64,000 nucleotides of DNA from a virus. Each line of letters begins with the position of its first letter. The first letter of the stretch is position 1. A model generated the notes under the pieces. It did no database searches and was not told the origin of the DNA. It saw nothing but the letters and a program-made list of their open reading frames with translations. A program made the translations under genes and the position numbers. Of this stretch, positions 1-8,979 are shown piece by piece. The stretch is taken from positions 1-64,000 of IMG/VR virus record IMGVR_UViG_3300035185_000025; one strand, written 5' to 3'.

Positions 1-52
1 GCTGGTGCGAGCACGACATGTCGGTGGCCTTCGGGCCGATGCGCATCCTCAT
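1..52 (-). CDS. 5' end of a gene running off the window (MRMRIGPKATDMSCSHQ...), possibly QueD-like
   Basis: ATGA overlap with the stop of 49..762. SCSHQ resembles the N-terminal xAxHxL of QueD. Only 17 codons visible. Confidence 0.25.
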   Translation of the reverse strand, partial: MRMRIGPKATDMSCSHQ

Positions 53-762
53 GGTTCAAACAGCCTTTCCTGACGGATCGCTCCGTCGAGTTTCCTCAAT
101 GTTTTCCCGTAGATAGAGACGCTCGTTCCGTCGAAGCTGTGCGCCCCGGCATCGCCGCAGATCCAGATCCGGCGGACGGTGTTGACGCGGCCGACGTGAA
201 GCCAGCAGCCAGCCTCGCGAGCGAGCGGACCCCAGACGGTCGGCGACGTGCGCTCCTTGAACTCGGTCAAGCCGCCGACGAAGATCCCCACGCGCTCGGT
301 CAACAGCGGCGCGACGTCGGCGGCAGTCATCCCGTCCTGCACCGGGATCAGCGCGCGCTCGCACCGATCCAGCGCCCAGGAGATCCATTCGGCCGAGCGC
401 TCGAGCGAGTCGAGACCTCCGGCGATCAGATCCGGGAGCACGATGAAGGACGCACGGTCGCCGAACCTGGCCACGATCGTCTCGTAGAGAGACGGATCCC
501 AGCCGCGGCAGATCTCGACGAGGTCCTCGGCCGGCAGGTCCTGGAACCCCTTCATGCCGCGACGCCGAGCCTCCTGGTTGCACGGGGTCACGACGCCGTT
601 GTCGAGCCCGACGTGACGATCGTCCGGGAGCCCACGGGTGTTGTGCTCGCCCTCTGCTGAAAGCATCAGGCCCCACTCGCCTGGGGCTTCGATGATCCTG
701 CGCATGTTCTCGCCGCCGGTCTGCGAGGCCATCGGGATCATGCGCTCGGGTAGGGGCCTCAC
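49..762 (-). CDS. DpdA/TGT-like (queuine tRNA-ribosyltransferase-fold) phage protein, candidate 7-deazaguanine DNA-modifying enzyme
   Basis: LDNG, VLPD, IPVQDG, IFVGG, LHVGRVN and SFDGT motifs in TGT-barrel order. Confidence 0.6.
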   Translation of the reverse strand: MRPLPERMIPMASQTGGENMRRIIEAPGEWGLMLSAEGEHNTRGLPDDRHVGLDNGVVTPCNQEARRRGMKGFQDLPAEDLVEICRGWDPSLYETIVARFGDRASFIVLPDLIAGGLDSLERSAEWISWALDRCERALIPVQDGMTAADVAPLLTERVGIFVGGLTEFKERTSPTVWGPLAREAGCWLHVGRVNTVRRIWICGDAGAHSFDGTSVSIYGKTLRKLDGAIRQERLFEP

Positions 763-765
763 GGC

Positions 766-897
766 TCACGTCCCGCCCTGGTCCATGGCCACGAGCCCGC
801 GGAGCCACGACCGGAGCCAGACCCGAGCGAAGCGCCACGCGAGCCCGAGGCCCCAGAAGGCCACGGAGACGAGGATCTCGCCGACGAGCGCGTTCAT
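766..897 (-). CDS. small membrane protein
   Basis: MNALVGEILVSVAFWGLGLAW hydrophobic stretch; ATGA coupling to 894..1100. Confidence 0.5.
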   Translation of the reverse strand: MNALVGEILVSVAFWGLGLAWRFARVWLRSWLRGLVAMDQGGT

Positions 898-1100
898 CGA
901 AGCAGGCCCCGCGCCTCGGCAATCTCGGCCACGATCTCCCAGACCTCGTGATCTGGATCGTCGAGCCACTCGTCGTGGTCGAGCTCGTGAGCCGCGGCCT
1001 CGGCGATCTCCGTCATGTTCGCCTCGCCGTGATCGATCCCGATCCCGTCGTCGATGAGAGCAGCCACGGTCCTGCGGATTGTGCGCGTTTCCTGCGTCAT
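894..1100 (-). CDS. hypothetical acidic protein
   Basis: Start MTQETR lies 34 nt from a class C motif. Confidence 0.65.
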   Translation of the reverse strand: MTQETRTIRRTVAALIDDGIGIDHGEANMTEIAEAAAHELDHDEWLDDPDHEVWEIVAEIAEARGLLR

Positions 1101-1134
1101 GTCGAGCCCAACACGAGCCACGCCTGCCTATTCC
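1101..1134 (-). promoter_or_regulatory. class C promoter motif
   Basis: GGAATAG-N14-TGTTG-N8-ATG. Confidence 0.6.
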
Positions 1135-1381
1135 GTGGCTCCAAAATAAAGTGTGCCGGTAGCGGCGGCCGCGAGCTTCGCGCCTTTCGTTGGCCCCGCG
1201 CTGCTCTCCGACCCCGGATCCAAACCATGCCGGTAAGCGCGGCCAAACGGTTCCTCCGTCGCTGTCGGCCGCTGGCGGGCAAACGACACGATCCGCGGAG
1301 GTGCCGCTCGCGGTTGTCGGCGTGCTCGGTGGTGACGGTCGCGGTCCGCGCTGGTGATCGTGAGGCCACTAGGAGCACCCA

Positions 1382-1732
1382 TCACGGCACGTCCGTCCTG
1401 ATCGAGCACGCCCGCAGCACGGCGCCGCAGCAGACCGCCCCGGTCACCGGCTCCCCGGCCGGCGAGGTCGCCGCAAACTCGACGGTGCGCCACCCGCCGC
1501 CGCCGCATGCCCACGCGGAGAAGCCTGTGATGGCGACGTCGGTGTAGCCGTCGAGCTCGAGCGTGGACTCGGCGGCTGCCCGGCTCTTGGGTGTGCTGCT
1601 GCAGCCCCACCGCGTTCCGAGTAGCGCGCCAAGCACGAGGCCGAGGAGTGCCACCTGCGCGATCACCGGTGACCATACGTGGCTACGCCGACGACGCCGG
1701 AACAGGACACTGTCGGGCTGGAGCTTGCTCAC
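1382..1732 (-). CDS. membrane-anchored/lipoprotein-like phage protein
   Basis: GTGA coupling; hydrophobic segment then GC; ITGFSAWAC...FAATSPAGEPVTGAVCCG pattern typical of a small phage family. Confidence 0.6.
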   Translation of the reverse strand: MSKLQPDSVLFRRRRRSHVWSPVIAQVALLGLVLGALLGTRWGCSSTPKSRAAAESTLELDGYTDVAITGFSAWACGGGGWRTVEFAATSPAGEPVTGAVCCGAVLRACSIRTDVP

Positions 1733-2097
1733 GGCTTGGTCTCCGCGTTGCTCGACGCGAGCATCTCCAGGATCTCCGGCGTCATCTCGGGCAGGTCGTC
1801 GATCGGCATCCATCGTCCGAAGCTGAACCCACGGCATTCGGAATATCCGTCGTAGCGGAGCGTGATCTCGCGGTGCAACACGCGCCGAGCCTCGTCGCCT
1901 TCTGCTTCGTCCGCCTCGATCTCGCGGAGCACCCAGCGTGCGCACACGGCGGCATCCGGAACGAGCACCAGCGACCCGTCCGCCTTCACCAGCACGCCGC
2001 CCGGGACGTCCATCGCCTCGGTGGAAAGGGGCGCGATGATGTGCCAGTGGTGGTGGTTCGTCCATGGCCGCCCTCGGTCTACTTCGATCTCGCTCAT
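1729..2097 (-). CDS. hypothetical protein
   Basis: MSEIEVDRG start 35 nt from a class B motif. Confidence 0.65.
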   Translation of the reverse strand: MSEIEVDRGRPWTNHHHWHIIAPLSTEAMDVPGGVLVKADGSLVLVPDAAVCARWVLREIEADEAEGDEARRVLHREITLRYDGYSECRGFSFGRWMPIDDLPEMTPEILEMLASSNAETKP

Positions 2098-2168
2098 GGC
2101 CGACCTACCGACCTCAGGCGCTCGCGCTTCCCCGGGAAGCACTCCGGCCGCACTCGAGTAGTGCCGCC
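2098..2168. promoter_or_regulatory. bidirectional class B promoter pair sharing palindrome GCTTCCC-C-GGGAAGC (2126-2140)
   Basis: GGGAAGC-N16-GGTAG-N7-ATG on minus; GGGAAGC-N16-AGTAG-N7-ATG on plus. Confidence 0.75.
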
Positions 2169-2666
2169 ATGCAAGTGACGATCGAAGGCACACCGACCGA
2201 GGTCCGCGCGCAGATCCTCGAGCTCGCGGAGATGATGCGCGCCGAGCACCAGATCACGATCGACGGCGATCCCGTCTCCGACAAGATCATGGCCGGGATG
2301 CTCGAGCAGGCCGAGAAGCGCACGACAGATCAGTCGTCTGCCACGCCTCCGCGGGCCGTTCAGCGGACATCGGCGACGCTGGTCATAGCTATCGACAACG
2401 AGGGGATCAAGACTGTCGGAGGAGTCAATCCAGGAGATCGACGATCCGCGTGGATCGCATCTACCTGGTACAGCGTGCTCCGCGACCCGTGCATGGAGCT
2501 CATGGAGTCGGGCCGCGCTGAGGTCGAGTTCGTCGAGCGCCTCGTCAAGACGCGCGCCAAGTCGCTCATCGACCTCGGATGGTCCGCGGTCGAACTTCGC
2601 TCGCCTGGTCCAGGGACGCAGGGATGGACAACGCTCATCGACCTGCGTGAGGCCGGCGTCGACTAG
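2169..2666 (+). CDS. hypothetical protein
   Basis: MQVTIEG start fixed by class B motif; CTAG stop overlap with next gene. Confidence 0.7.
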   Translation: MQVTIEGTPTEVRAQILELAEMMRAEHQITIDGDPVSDKIMAGMLEQAEKRTTDQSSATPPRAVQRTSATLVIAIDNEGIKTVGGVNPGDRRSAWIASTWYSVLRDPCMELMESGRAEVEFVERLVKTRAKSLIDLGWSAVELRSPGPGTQGWTTLIDLREAGVD

Positions 2667-2992
2667 CCCTTGCCGCGCCGGCCCTTCGGCGGGGACTTCT
2701 TCGGCCCGCCAGGCGACCACAGGACCTTGTCCGCCCAGTAGGCCGCCGACAGCTTGCCCTTGGCGATTTTTTTCGCGTGCCTCGACTTGAACGCCTTCCT
2801 CGCCTCCGGGCTGTAGTTGTGGCCCATCGACTGATCCCCGAACCGGATCAGCTTCACGGCGTCGCCGTCCTTGGCGACCACGACGCCCTTCTTGGTCGGG
2901 TGGGCCGGGGTCATCTTCGGCTTGTTGACCCCGACGAGCCCGTGCTTCTCGGCCAGGCGCCTCGCCTTCTCACCAGGTGTCGCTTTCGCCAT
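2663..2992 (-). CDS. conserved basic phage protein
   Basis: NKPKxTPxHPTK...KLIRFG...FKSRHAK..AKGKLSAAYWADKVLW, a pattern seen in many uncultured phages; class A TAGGAT-N6-ATG. Confidence 0.8.
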   Translation of the reverse strand: MAKATPGEKARRLAEKHGLVGVNKPKMTPAHPTKKGVVVAKDGDAVKLIRFGDQSMGHNYSPEARKAFKSRHAKKIAKGKLSAAYWADKVLWSPGGPKKSPPKGRRGKG

Positions 2993-3023
2993 GCCCAGAT
3001 CCTACCCCTCGGACAGAATTCTC

Positions 3024-3057
3024 GAAATAGATCGAACGACCCACGGTTGAGGACGAC
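3024..3057 (+). promoter_or_regulatory. class C promoter motif
   Basis: GAAATAG-N14-GGTTG-N8-ATG. Confidence 0.55.
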
Positions 3058-3333
3058 ATGAGCAAAGAACAGCAGAACATGATCCGGGCCTGGCTCGCGC
3101 GAGCGTGCGGCGTCGAGCTCGACCGCGTGACCGACGACCACGTGCGCGCGTGGACCGAGCTCAACGCGAGCATCCGAGCGCACCGCCCGACCGAGGCCGA
3201 AGCGAGCGGCGCTCGAGCGTGCGCCAAGAGCCTGTGCGTTGTGCCGCGCGACAGCGGTCCCGCGAAGGCCAAGCCGACGCCGGATCACGTCAAGTTCTTC
3301 GGGCCGCGCACGAAACTGCGAGGTGAGGCGTGA
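3058..3333 (+). CDS. hypothetical protein
   Basis: ORF after class C motif, ends KLRGEA. Confidence 0.6.
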   Translation: MSKEQQNMIRAWLARACGVELDRVTDDHVRAWTELNASIRAHRPTEAEASGARACAKSLCVVPRDSGPAKAKPTPDHVKFFGPRTKLRGEA

Positions 3334-3711
3334 GCGTCGAACAGAAGGCCGTGGACCGCATGGTCATGGACAAACTGGTGTCAGCTTTGGCTGGCCATAG
3401 GATCCCCGGCGCCGAGATCTCGGCTTGGGCACAGTCGTCGCACGCGCTTCGCATCCTGGTGCGTGTGACGATGGGCGATCGCGTCTTCGGTGTGGATCGT
3501 TCGGTGACGACGATCTGCCTATGGTCGTCGGTCCTGTCCGGCTGTGTCCTCGAAGAGACGGTCGAGCAGATGGCTTACGAGCTGCGGAGGCCATGCCTGA
3601 ACTACGCGGACGAACTCGAGTCCGATGGTCGCATCGACGAGGCGCACATCTGGCGGCTGTGCTGCCCCGACTACCGAGCCAGGAAGCTGCGAGGTGAGGC
3701 GTGAGCTTCGA
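3312..3711 (+). repeat. 29-bp direct repeat (2 mismatches) at 3312-3340 and 3683-3711 flanking one gene
   Basis: GAA(A/G)CTGCGAGGTGAGGCGTGAGC(G/T)TCGA. Confidence 0.9.
3330..3704 (+). CDS. hypothetical protein
   Basis: GTGA coupling, also ends KLRGEA. Confidence 0.6.
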   Translation: MSVEQKAVDRMVMDKLVSALAGHRIPGAEISAWAQSSHALRILVRVTMGDRVFGVDRSVTTICLWSSVLSGCVLEETVEQMAYELRRPCLNYADELESDGRIDEAHIWRLCCPDYRARKLRGEA

Positions 3712-3838
3712 CCCGAGGCCGTGACGATCTCGCCAGCCGCTACAGGACCTACTTTCGGATGGGCGGCCGGTGACGACTTGGCGGAACAACTGCACGCCAG
3801 AGCCTTGACCGCGCAGCTTGGAAAGGAGCGGAGCATGG

Positions 3839-3874
3839 GAGGGGCCCGGACACACGGATGTGGCCGGGCCCCTC
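3839..3874. terminator. GC-rich hairpin between convergent units
   Basis: GAGGGGCCCGG-N14-CCGGGCCCCTC; weak U-tract. Confidence 0.5.
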
Positions 3875-3875
3875 T

Positions 3876-4022
3876 TCACTTCGAAGGCTTCTCGCCTGTC
3901 TCGCCGCCTTCGGTCCCGTCGTCGGCCGGTCCAGGATCGTCGCCTGGCTGCTTGGGCTCGCTCGGCCGCGGGCATGCGCTGAGGCCGAGGCAGACGATGA
4001 TGATCGAGATCGCGCGCTTCAT
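3876..4022 (-). CDS. small Pro/Gly-rich lipoprotein (o-spanin-like candidate)
   Basis: MKRAISIIIVCLGLSAC lipobox; ATGA coupling. Confidence 0.6.
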   Translation of the reverse strand: MKRAISIIIVCLGLSACPRPSEPKQPGDDPGPADDGTEGGETGEKPSK

Positions 4023-4159
4023 TGGACGCCTTCGATAGCCTGAGGATGGGCGGCGCGCAAGCGGCCCTGGTACCACAGCGCCGACAGCCAGCCAGCGATC
4101 AGCGCGACCGCCAAGATCTGAAGGATCAGCCGTCGGCCGCGCCCGAGCGCGTCGATCAT
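4019..4159 (-). CDS. small membrane protein
   Basis: LILQILAVALIAGWLSALW TM segment; ATGA coupling. Confidence 0.55.
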   Translation of the reverse strand: MIDALGRGRRLILQILAVALIAGWLSALWYQGRLRAAHPQAIEGVQ

Positions 4160-4614
4160 CGGATCACCCCTCGGGTCATCGTCTGCTCGGCCTCGGCGAT
4201 GTTGAGCTTGGCGCTGTGCTGGGCGGTGCGCTTGGCGACGGCATTGTGGCCGCGAGAGAGATCCGCCAGCAGGTCGGCGTGCTCGAGCGTCGTGGACTCG
4301 ATCCCGTCGAGCCGCTTGTCGACGTGGGACTCGAGCATGTCGAGCCGGTCGCTGATCGGCGCGAGCTCCTCGCGGATGATCGCCTGGAACGAGCCGGTGT
4401 GCTGGCGCTTGGCCGTCGCGGGCGACCCGGTGCCAGCGTCGACCTCGACGCCCGTCGCCTCGCCGAGGATCGCCTGCATGCCCTCGTTGCCCTTGAGGAC
4501 AGCCCGGATCCCGCGCCAGAGTTTCCACCCCGCGACAAGCACCGCGAGAAACGTCGCGGTGAATGCTCCGCCGATCGTGCCGAACGCGATCGCCGCTTCA
4601 TCGAATCCAGCCAC
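4156..4614 (-). CDS. N-terminal TM plus coiled-coil protein (holin/i-spanin-like candidate)
   Basis: TM helix then heptad region; class A TAGGCT-N6-GTG. Confidence 0.6.
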   Translation of the reverse strand: MAGFDEAAIAFGTIGGAFTATFLAVLVAGWKLWRGIRAVLKGNEGMQAILGEATGVEVDAGTGSPATAKRQHTGSFQAIIREELAPISDRLDMLESHVDKRLDGIESTTLEHADLLADLSRGHNAVAKRTAQHSAKLNIAEAEQTMTRGVIR

Positions 4615-4695
4615 ACGCGAAGCCTATCCCGCAAGGCGAGCCAGGCGCAACGTGGGCCGCGGAAGCGATCCGTCATCCGCGCGGTAGTGTGTGGC

Positions 4696-5193
4696 ATGGA
4701 CCGGAAGGATCACCGCCTCGTGCTCGCCTTCGTGCTCGGTACAGCAGCCTGCGGACCCGACCAGATCGACGTGACCGGCGCTGGATCCGAGACCGGATCC
4801 GTCGAGATCGAGGAGTGCGATGCCACCGTCGGGATGGTCGACGAGCACGGGCGCGTCTGGGGCAAGTGCGAGCAGTGGACCGCCTGGGCAGACGTGATCA
4901 CCGAGGAGGAGGTGCAGGGTGCGGTCGATGACGGCGACTGGGTCCCGACGACTTCTCGTGGAGGCTCGCCGTGCTACCTGTTCTCGCCGGACGCGATCGC
5001 GTGCACGCCGAGCTTCGGCGACTCGATGTTGTTCGCCCGGCCGCTGAGCCAACTCGAACCGATCGACGTGAAGCAGGACGACGTCGCCTGCTCGGGTGCC
5101 TCGGGAGCGTGGATCTGGACGTGGAGCGACGGGCAGAGGTGTCGCGGTGTACTTCCGGGTGGCCTCGTCGTTGTACTGCTGCCCGAGACCTAG
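4696..5193 (+). CDS. Cys-rich lipoprotein
   Basis: LVLAFVLGTAAC lipobox-like; class B motif 4660-4695. Confidence 0.65.
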   Translation: MDRKDHRLVLAFVLGTAACGPDQIDVTGAGSETGSVEIEECDATVGMVDEHGRVWGKCEQWTAWADVITEEEVQGAVDDGDWVPTTSRGGSPCYLFSPDAIACTPSFGDSMLFARPLSQLEPIDVKQDDVACSGASGAWIWTWSDGQRCRGVLPGGLVVVLLPET

Positions 5194-6908
5194 CGCGCGG
5201 CGAGGAGCATGTCCTCGTAGCCGGTCAGGCCGATCGCCGAAGCAAGCGCGCCGGCTCCCTTCGTCACCAGGTGCTGTGCCGTCTGGGCGACGTTGCGCGT
5301 CACCAGCAGGTGCTCGACGCCGAATGTCGCATCTCCGAGCTCGAGGACCTCGTAGGATCCAAGCGCAAGCGCGAGGCTCGTGGCGCCGAAGCCGAAGGCG
5401 CTCGCGATTTTCAAGACGTGAGGACCAGGGCTGACGACGTCGAAGCGCGAGAACAGATCCACGGTGATCGCCGACGCGGGGATGATCTCGGCGTCTCCGA
5501 CCGCCATGTTCGGCCATCGCCCAGGGTAGAAGACTACGAGCCCAGCGGTGCTTGCCGACGTCACGAAGATCGGCCGGTTACCCGTTCCAGCGATCACGTC
5601 GACGGTGTCGATCACCCTGACGTAGCCGCGGCCCTTGTACGCCTGGCCAAGGAACAACCCGGCGCCGAGGCTGGCGATCGATCCGATGTAGACGCTCTCG
5701 GTCACGATCTGCGACACGCCCCAGCTGACGTCCTGAGTCGCGTCGAGCGTGATCGAACCAGCACCACCGAGCGCCGTGTCCGGGTGCGGTCCGCGGGCAT
5801 CCGTGACGCGTGCGGAAGCATTGCCGAGCGGACCCTGGTCGAGCCCCGTCGGCGTGCTCGAATCCCAGATCACGATCGCTGATCGGTGAGCGACGGTTGA
5901 CGTTACGGGCGCGAGAGAACTGAAGCTCGATCCGTCGCCACCGACGACTGACTCAGGTGTGCCGGCCAGGCTCAGCTGGTTCGGGTTCTGCTGCCACGCC
6001 TCGCGCGGCGCGATGTTCCCGTAGTCGGAGGCCCATGGGGGAGGCACTGCGTAGCCGTAGACAGGCTGCACCGCTCCCGCGAGCGTGGCCGGGTCGGTCG
6101 TGTTTGGCGTCCTCGAGTTCGCGAACACGGTGGCGCCCGAGATCCGGCTGTCGATCCCGAGCATCGACAAGTTGATGTCGTGCACGGTCGTGGTGTTGAG
6201 GTTGACCAAAACACCGCCGTTCTCCTCGCCGACGCTGACTCCGCCTCCGCGGACGTACCTGCGCGGGGCCAGCTTGTCGCCGAGCGCCTCGAGCAGCGGA
6301 CGGCACATGAGCACCGCGACCCACGTATCCGAGAAGGAGACCTGCGCCGTCGAGAGCTTCACGACCGCCAGCGGGATCCGGCCCGGGGTTCCTGCGGCCA
6401 CGACCGGAGACGCAGCCGCGGCCCCTGCGGTCGCTGTGAGCGTCGGCGAACTGCCTGTGACGACGTCTTGGTTGGCGACGCCGAAAGTCCCCGTCACCGG
6501 ATCGAAGACATCGACCGGCGCGTTCACCTTGGCGACCTGCGTGGCCTCGATCTCGATCGTGACGAGCCGCGGGCTTCCGCCGTCGACGAGACCGCCGAGA
6601 TCCACGCGCGTCGCGGCCCCGAGCTCGATCCACTCGACCGGCGCGTCGTAGGTTGCCGAGGCCGGAGTCTGGGCGACGAGCGCGATCCCAGGCTGGACCT
6701 CGACCTCGTTGGTGCCGACGACCGCGCGCACGGTGAGGCCACCGACGACGCCGCCGACCCCCGCGGCGGCGACCTTGTAGACGTCGGCGAGCCCCAGCGC
6801 GCTGATCGACTCGAGCAAAGCTCGACTGCTCAGGCGCTCGGCGTTGTTGAAGTCGGCGCTCAGGAGTCGCCGACGGGTACCGATCTCGATCTTGTCGACC
6901 TGGCTCAC
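5190..6908 (-). CDS. putative baseplate/tail structural protein
   Basis: 572 aa, beta-rich G/A/V/T composition, downstream of baseplate J; class A TGGTAGCCT-N6-GTG. Confidence 0.65.
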   Translation of the reverse strand: MSQVDKIEIGTRRRLLSADFNNAERLSSRALLESISALGLADVYKVAAAGVGGVVGGLTVRAVVGTNEVEVQPGIALVAQTPASATYDAPVEWIELGAATRVDLGGLVDGGSPRLVTIEIEATQVAKVNAPVDVFDPVTGTFGVANQDVVTGSSPTLTATAGAAAASPVVAAGTPGRIPLAVVKLSTAQVSFSDTWVAVLMCRPLLEALGDKLAPRRYVRGGGVSVGEENGGVLVNLNTTTVHDINLSMLGIDSRISGATVFANSRTPNTTDPATLAGAVQPVYGYAVPPPWASDYGNIAPREAWQQNPNQLSLAGTPESVVGGDGSSFSSLAPVTSTVAHRSAIVIWDSSTPTGLDQGPLGNASARVTDARGPHPDTALGGAGSITLDATQDVSWGVSQIVTESVYIGSIASLGAGLFLGQAYKGRGYVRVIDTVDVIAGTGNRPIFVTSASTAGLVVFYPGRWPNMAVGDAEIIPASAITVDLFSRFDVVSPGPHVLKIASAFGFGATSLALALGSYEVLELGDATFGVEHLLVTRNVAQTAQHLVTKGAGALASAIGLTGYEDMLLAAR

Positions 6909-6933
6909 GAGCGCAGGCTACCACGCGGCACGA

Positions 6934-7119
6934 TCAGAGCATGGACTCCATGGCCTCGACGAAGGCGGCGTAGGCCGCCCGCGTGACCTCGGGCCGGATC
7001 GTGCAGCTGCGCGCGCGCGATCGGGCGACGGCGAGGCCCCACGGATTCGTGATCAGCCAGCGGACGTGGGGATCGCCGAGAGCGAGCCGGACGTGCTCCT
7101 GGAGATCTTCGACCTTCAT
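6934..7119 (-). CDS. hypothetical protein
   Basis: MKVEDLQ, ATGA coupling. Confidence 0.5.
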   Translation of the reverse strand: MKVEDLQEHVRLALGDPHVRWLITNPWGLAVARSRARSCTIRPEVTRAAYAAFVEAMESML

Positions 7120-7385
7120 CGATCCGACCCCGCGAGGTACGGCCGCTCGTCGACCCACGCGATCAGCCGGTCGAGATCCTCGAGCGAGTCGAGGGGGCCG
7201 GAGTCGCGCCCGCCGCCGCAGCGCGTGAACATCCACCCGGTGTAGGACGCCAGGTCGACCCAGAAGACGGCGAGGTAGCGCGGGGCGTCGGAGGCGAAGG
7301 CGTGCCGGCCGTCGCCGGAGCCCACGTCGATCAGGCGGGGGCGGAGCGCGATCAGGGCGTCGAGGTCGTTGGTGGTCGGCAGCAT
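7116..7385 (-). CDS. hypothetical protein
   Basis: ORF in small-gene cluster. Confidence 0.6.
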   Translation of the reverse strand: MLPTTNDLDALIALRPRLIDVGSGDGRHAFASDAPRYLAVFWVDLASYTGWMFTRCGGGRDSGPLDSLEDLDRLIAWVDERPYLAGSDR

Positions 7386-7430
7386 GGTCGTCTCTCGTGG
7401 GGCGCGTGCGGGGCTCCGGGTGGGCTCGGG

Positions 7431-7694
7431 TCAGTCGGAGACCGGTGTCGGCATCCACATTTTCCGGTAGGGGGCCACCGACTCGCGCACATAGACATCG
7501 GCGCCGTCGATGCCGCACAGCATCTCATCCCGGCCCGATCGAAACGCCCACGTGCCCCAGCCGTCCTCTGCACGGCGGCCCCAGTTGTTGGGGTTGTACC
7601 AAAGCTCGGACGGCGCCAGGCCAAGTCCGCGCGTCAGACCATCCCAGATCCGGCGGGCGTTCCCGGTCCTCGGTCGCGTGGTGTGAATCTTCAT
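7431..7694 (-). CDS. hypothetical Trp-rich protein
   Basis: MKIHTTRP start. Confidence 0.55.
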   Translation of the reverse strand: MKIHTTRPRTGNARRIWDGLTRGLGLAPSELWYNPNNWGRRAEDGWGTWAFRSGRDEMLCGIDGADVYVRESVAPYRKMWMPTPVSD

Positions 7695-7711
7695 GGTTCC
7701 GCAGCCTGGGG

Positions 7712-8017
7712 TCAGAGGACGGAGTAGGTGCCGTCCGTGTTGCGCATCTTGATCGTGGTGCAGCCGAACGAGTAGCCGAAGCATTCGAGCACATCGAACT
7801 CGTCGGAGCCGTTCGAATCGAGGTAGTAGCCGTCGAAGTAGTGCTCGCCGTCATCGTCGTACACGCGGAAGTGCTCGGGCTTCATGCCGGATGGGCGCTT
7901 GCCGCTGGCGATGCTCTTGAGCAGGGCGACGTCGGCGTCGCTGATGTTTCCGGGTCCGCAGATAGCCGTGGCCCTCGGCTCGTCGTGGGTGATTCGGTCT
8001 TTGGTGATGATGAACAT
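7712..8017 (-). CDS. conserved phage hypothetical protein
   Basis: FRVYDDDGEHYFDG motif; GGAG RBS. Confidence 0.7.
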   Translation of the reverse strand: MFIITKDRITHDEPRATAICGPGNISDADVALLKSIASGKRPSGMKPEHFRVYDDDGEHYFDGYYLDSNGSDEFDVLECFGYSFGCTTIKMRNTDGTYSVL

Positions 8018-8051
8018 TGGTCTTGGTCTCCAGGGGTACGGGGTCAGCGGG

Positions 8052-8519
8052 TCAGGCGTGGACGTCGACGTAGAGCAGCCCGGCGTCCTCCTGCGCGACC
8101 TCGCGGGCCTCGGCTAGGCTCAGGTCGGAGCGGGCGCACTCGACGGGGTCGGCGTGCTTGCAGACGGGGACGTCCTTGTCCTCGGCGTAGGCGATCGCGT
8201 CCGCGCCGGTGAGCCGGCGGATGGGCGCAGGCTCGGTCGGGGCGGCTGGGGTGGTGATCGGCGAAAGGAGGTACTCGACGCAGGCGGTGCCATGGTCCTT
8301 CGGAACCTGAGACGTGCGCACGGTCCGGCTCCTGCCCGCTCGCAGGCTCGCAAGAACGTCATCGATGGCCTCGCCGCCAGGGTTCCACCCGAGGATCTCG
8401 CCGAGATTCTCCGCGCTCAGCTCGACGTCGAGCGAAAAGTAGCTGCTCGGCTGATTGATGGTCTGGACGCGTACGGTTGCGGGGGTGGTCTCGGTGTTCA
8501 TGGTGTCTTGCGTGGTCAC
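8052..8519 (-). CDS. hypothetical protein
   Basis: GTG 34 nt from class C motif GCAATAG-N14-GGTAT-N8. Confidence 0.65.
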   Translation of the reverse strand: MTTQDTMNTETTPATVRVQTINQPSSYFSLDVELSAENLGEILGWNPGGEAIDDVLASLRAGRSRTVRTSQVPKDHGTACVEYLLSPITTPAAPTEPAPIRRLTGADAIAYAEDKDVPVCKHADPVECARSDLSLAEAREVAQEDAGLLYVDVHA

Positions 8520-8570
8520 GCTGAGCCATACCGGCCCCGCGCGGATCTATTGCCGCCCGGACAAAGAAAA

Positions 8571-8592
8571 TCGCAAGCCAGCGAGATCACTA
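8571..8592. repeat. 22-bp element, copy 1 (copy 2 at 21175-21196), upstream of class C promoters
   Basis: TCGCAAGCCAGCGAGATCACTA exact in both places. Confidence 0.9.
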
Positions 8593-8979
8593 GCGTTTTC
8601 CGTGCACAAGGCTCGGCGCCGTCGAGTTCAGCAGCCGCGCGCGCGTCTGCGGATCCTGCTCGGCGAGCCCCCGGTGCAGGTCCACGGTGGCGCGGTAGAC
8701 GTGGTCTCCGCCGTGCCGGCGCTTGAGCTCCGCGGCGACCTTGTCGCGGTACTCACGCAGGCCAGCCGCGAGGACCTCGGGCGAGAGCACCGGGCGCGGG
8801 TAGCTCCGCACGATCACCCGGCCGAGCTCGTCGATCGTGGTCTCCGTGTGGGCGACGTAGCCGAAGCTGTGGCCGCAGACCTCGCAGGACGCCGTGTGCT
8901 CGTCCCACGGCGGCTCGTAGAGCACGTAGAGCTGCTTGCCGGCGCAGTCCGGGCAGTGCCAGTAGCCGATGCGCCGCAT
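8590..8979 (-). CDS. zinc-ribbon protein
   Basis: CPDC...CEVC; class A TGGTAGCCT-N6-ATG. Confidence 0.65.
   Translation of the reverse strand: MRRIGYWHCPDCAGKQLYVLYEPPWDEHTASCEVCGHSFGYVAHTETTIDELGRVIVRSYPRPVLSPEVLAAGLREYRDKVAAELKRRHGGDHVYRATVDLHRGLAEQDPQTRARLLNSTAPSLVHGKR

Noticed and set aside
1128-1382. Possible ORF or structured RNA
   Set aside because: Low-complexity translation and no convincing fold or promoter motif.
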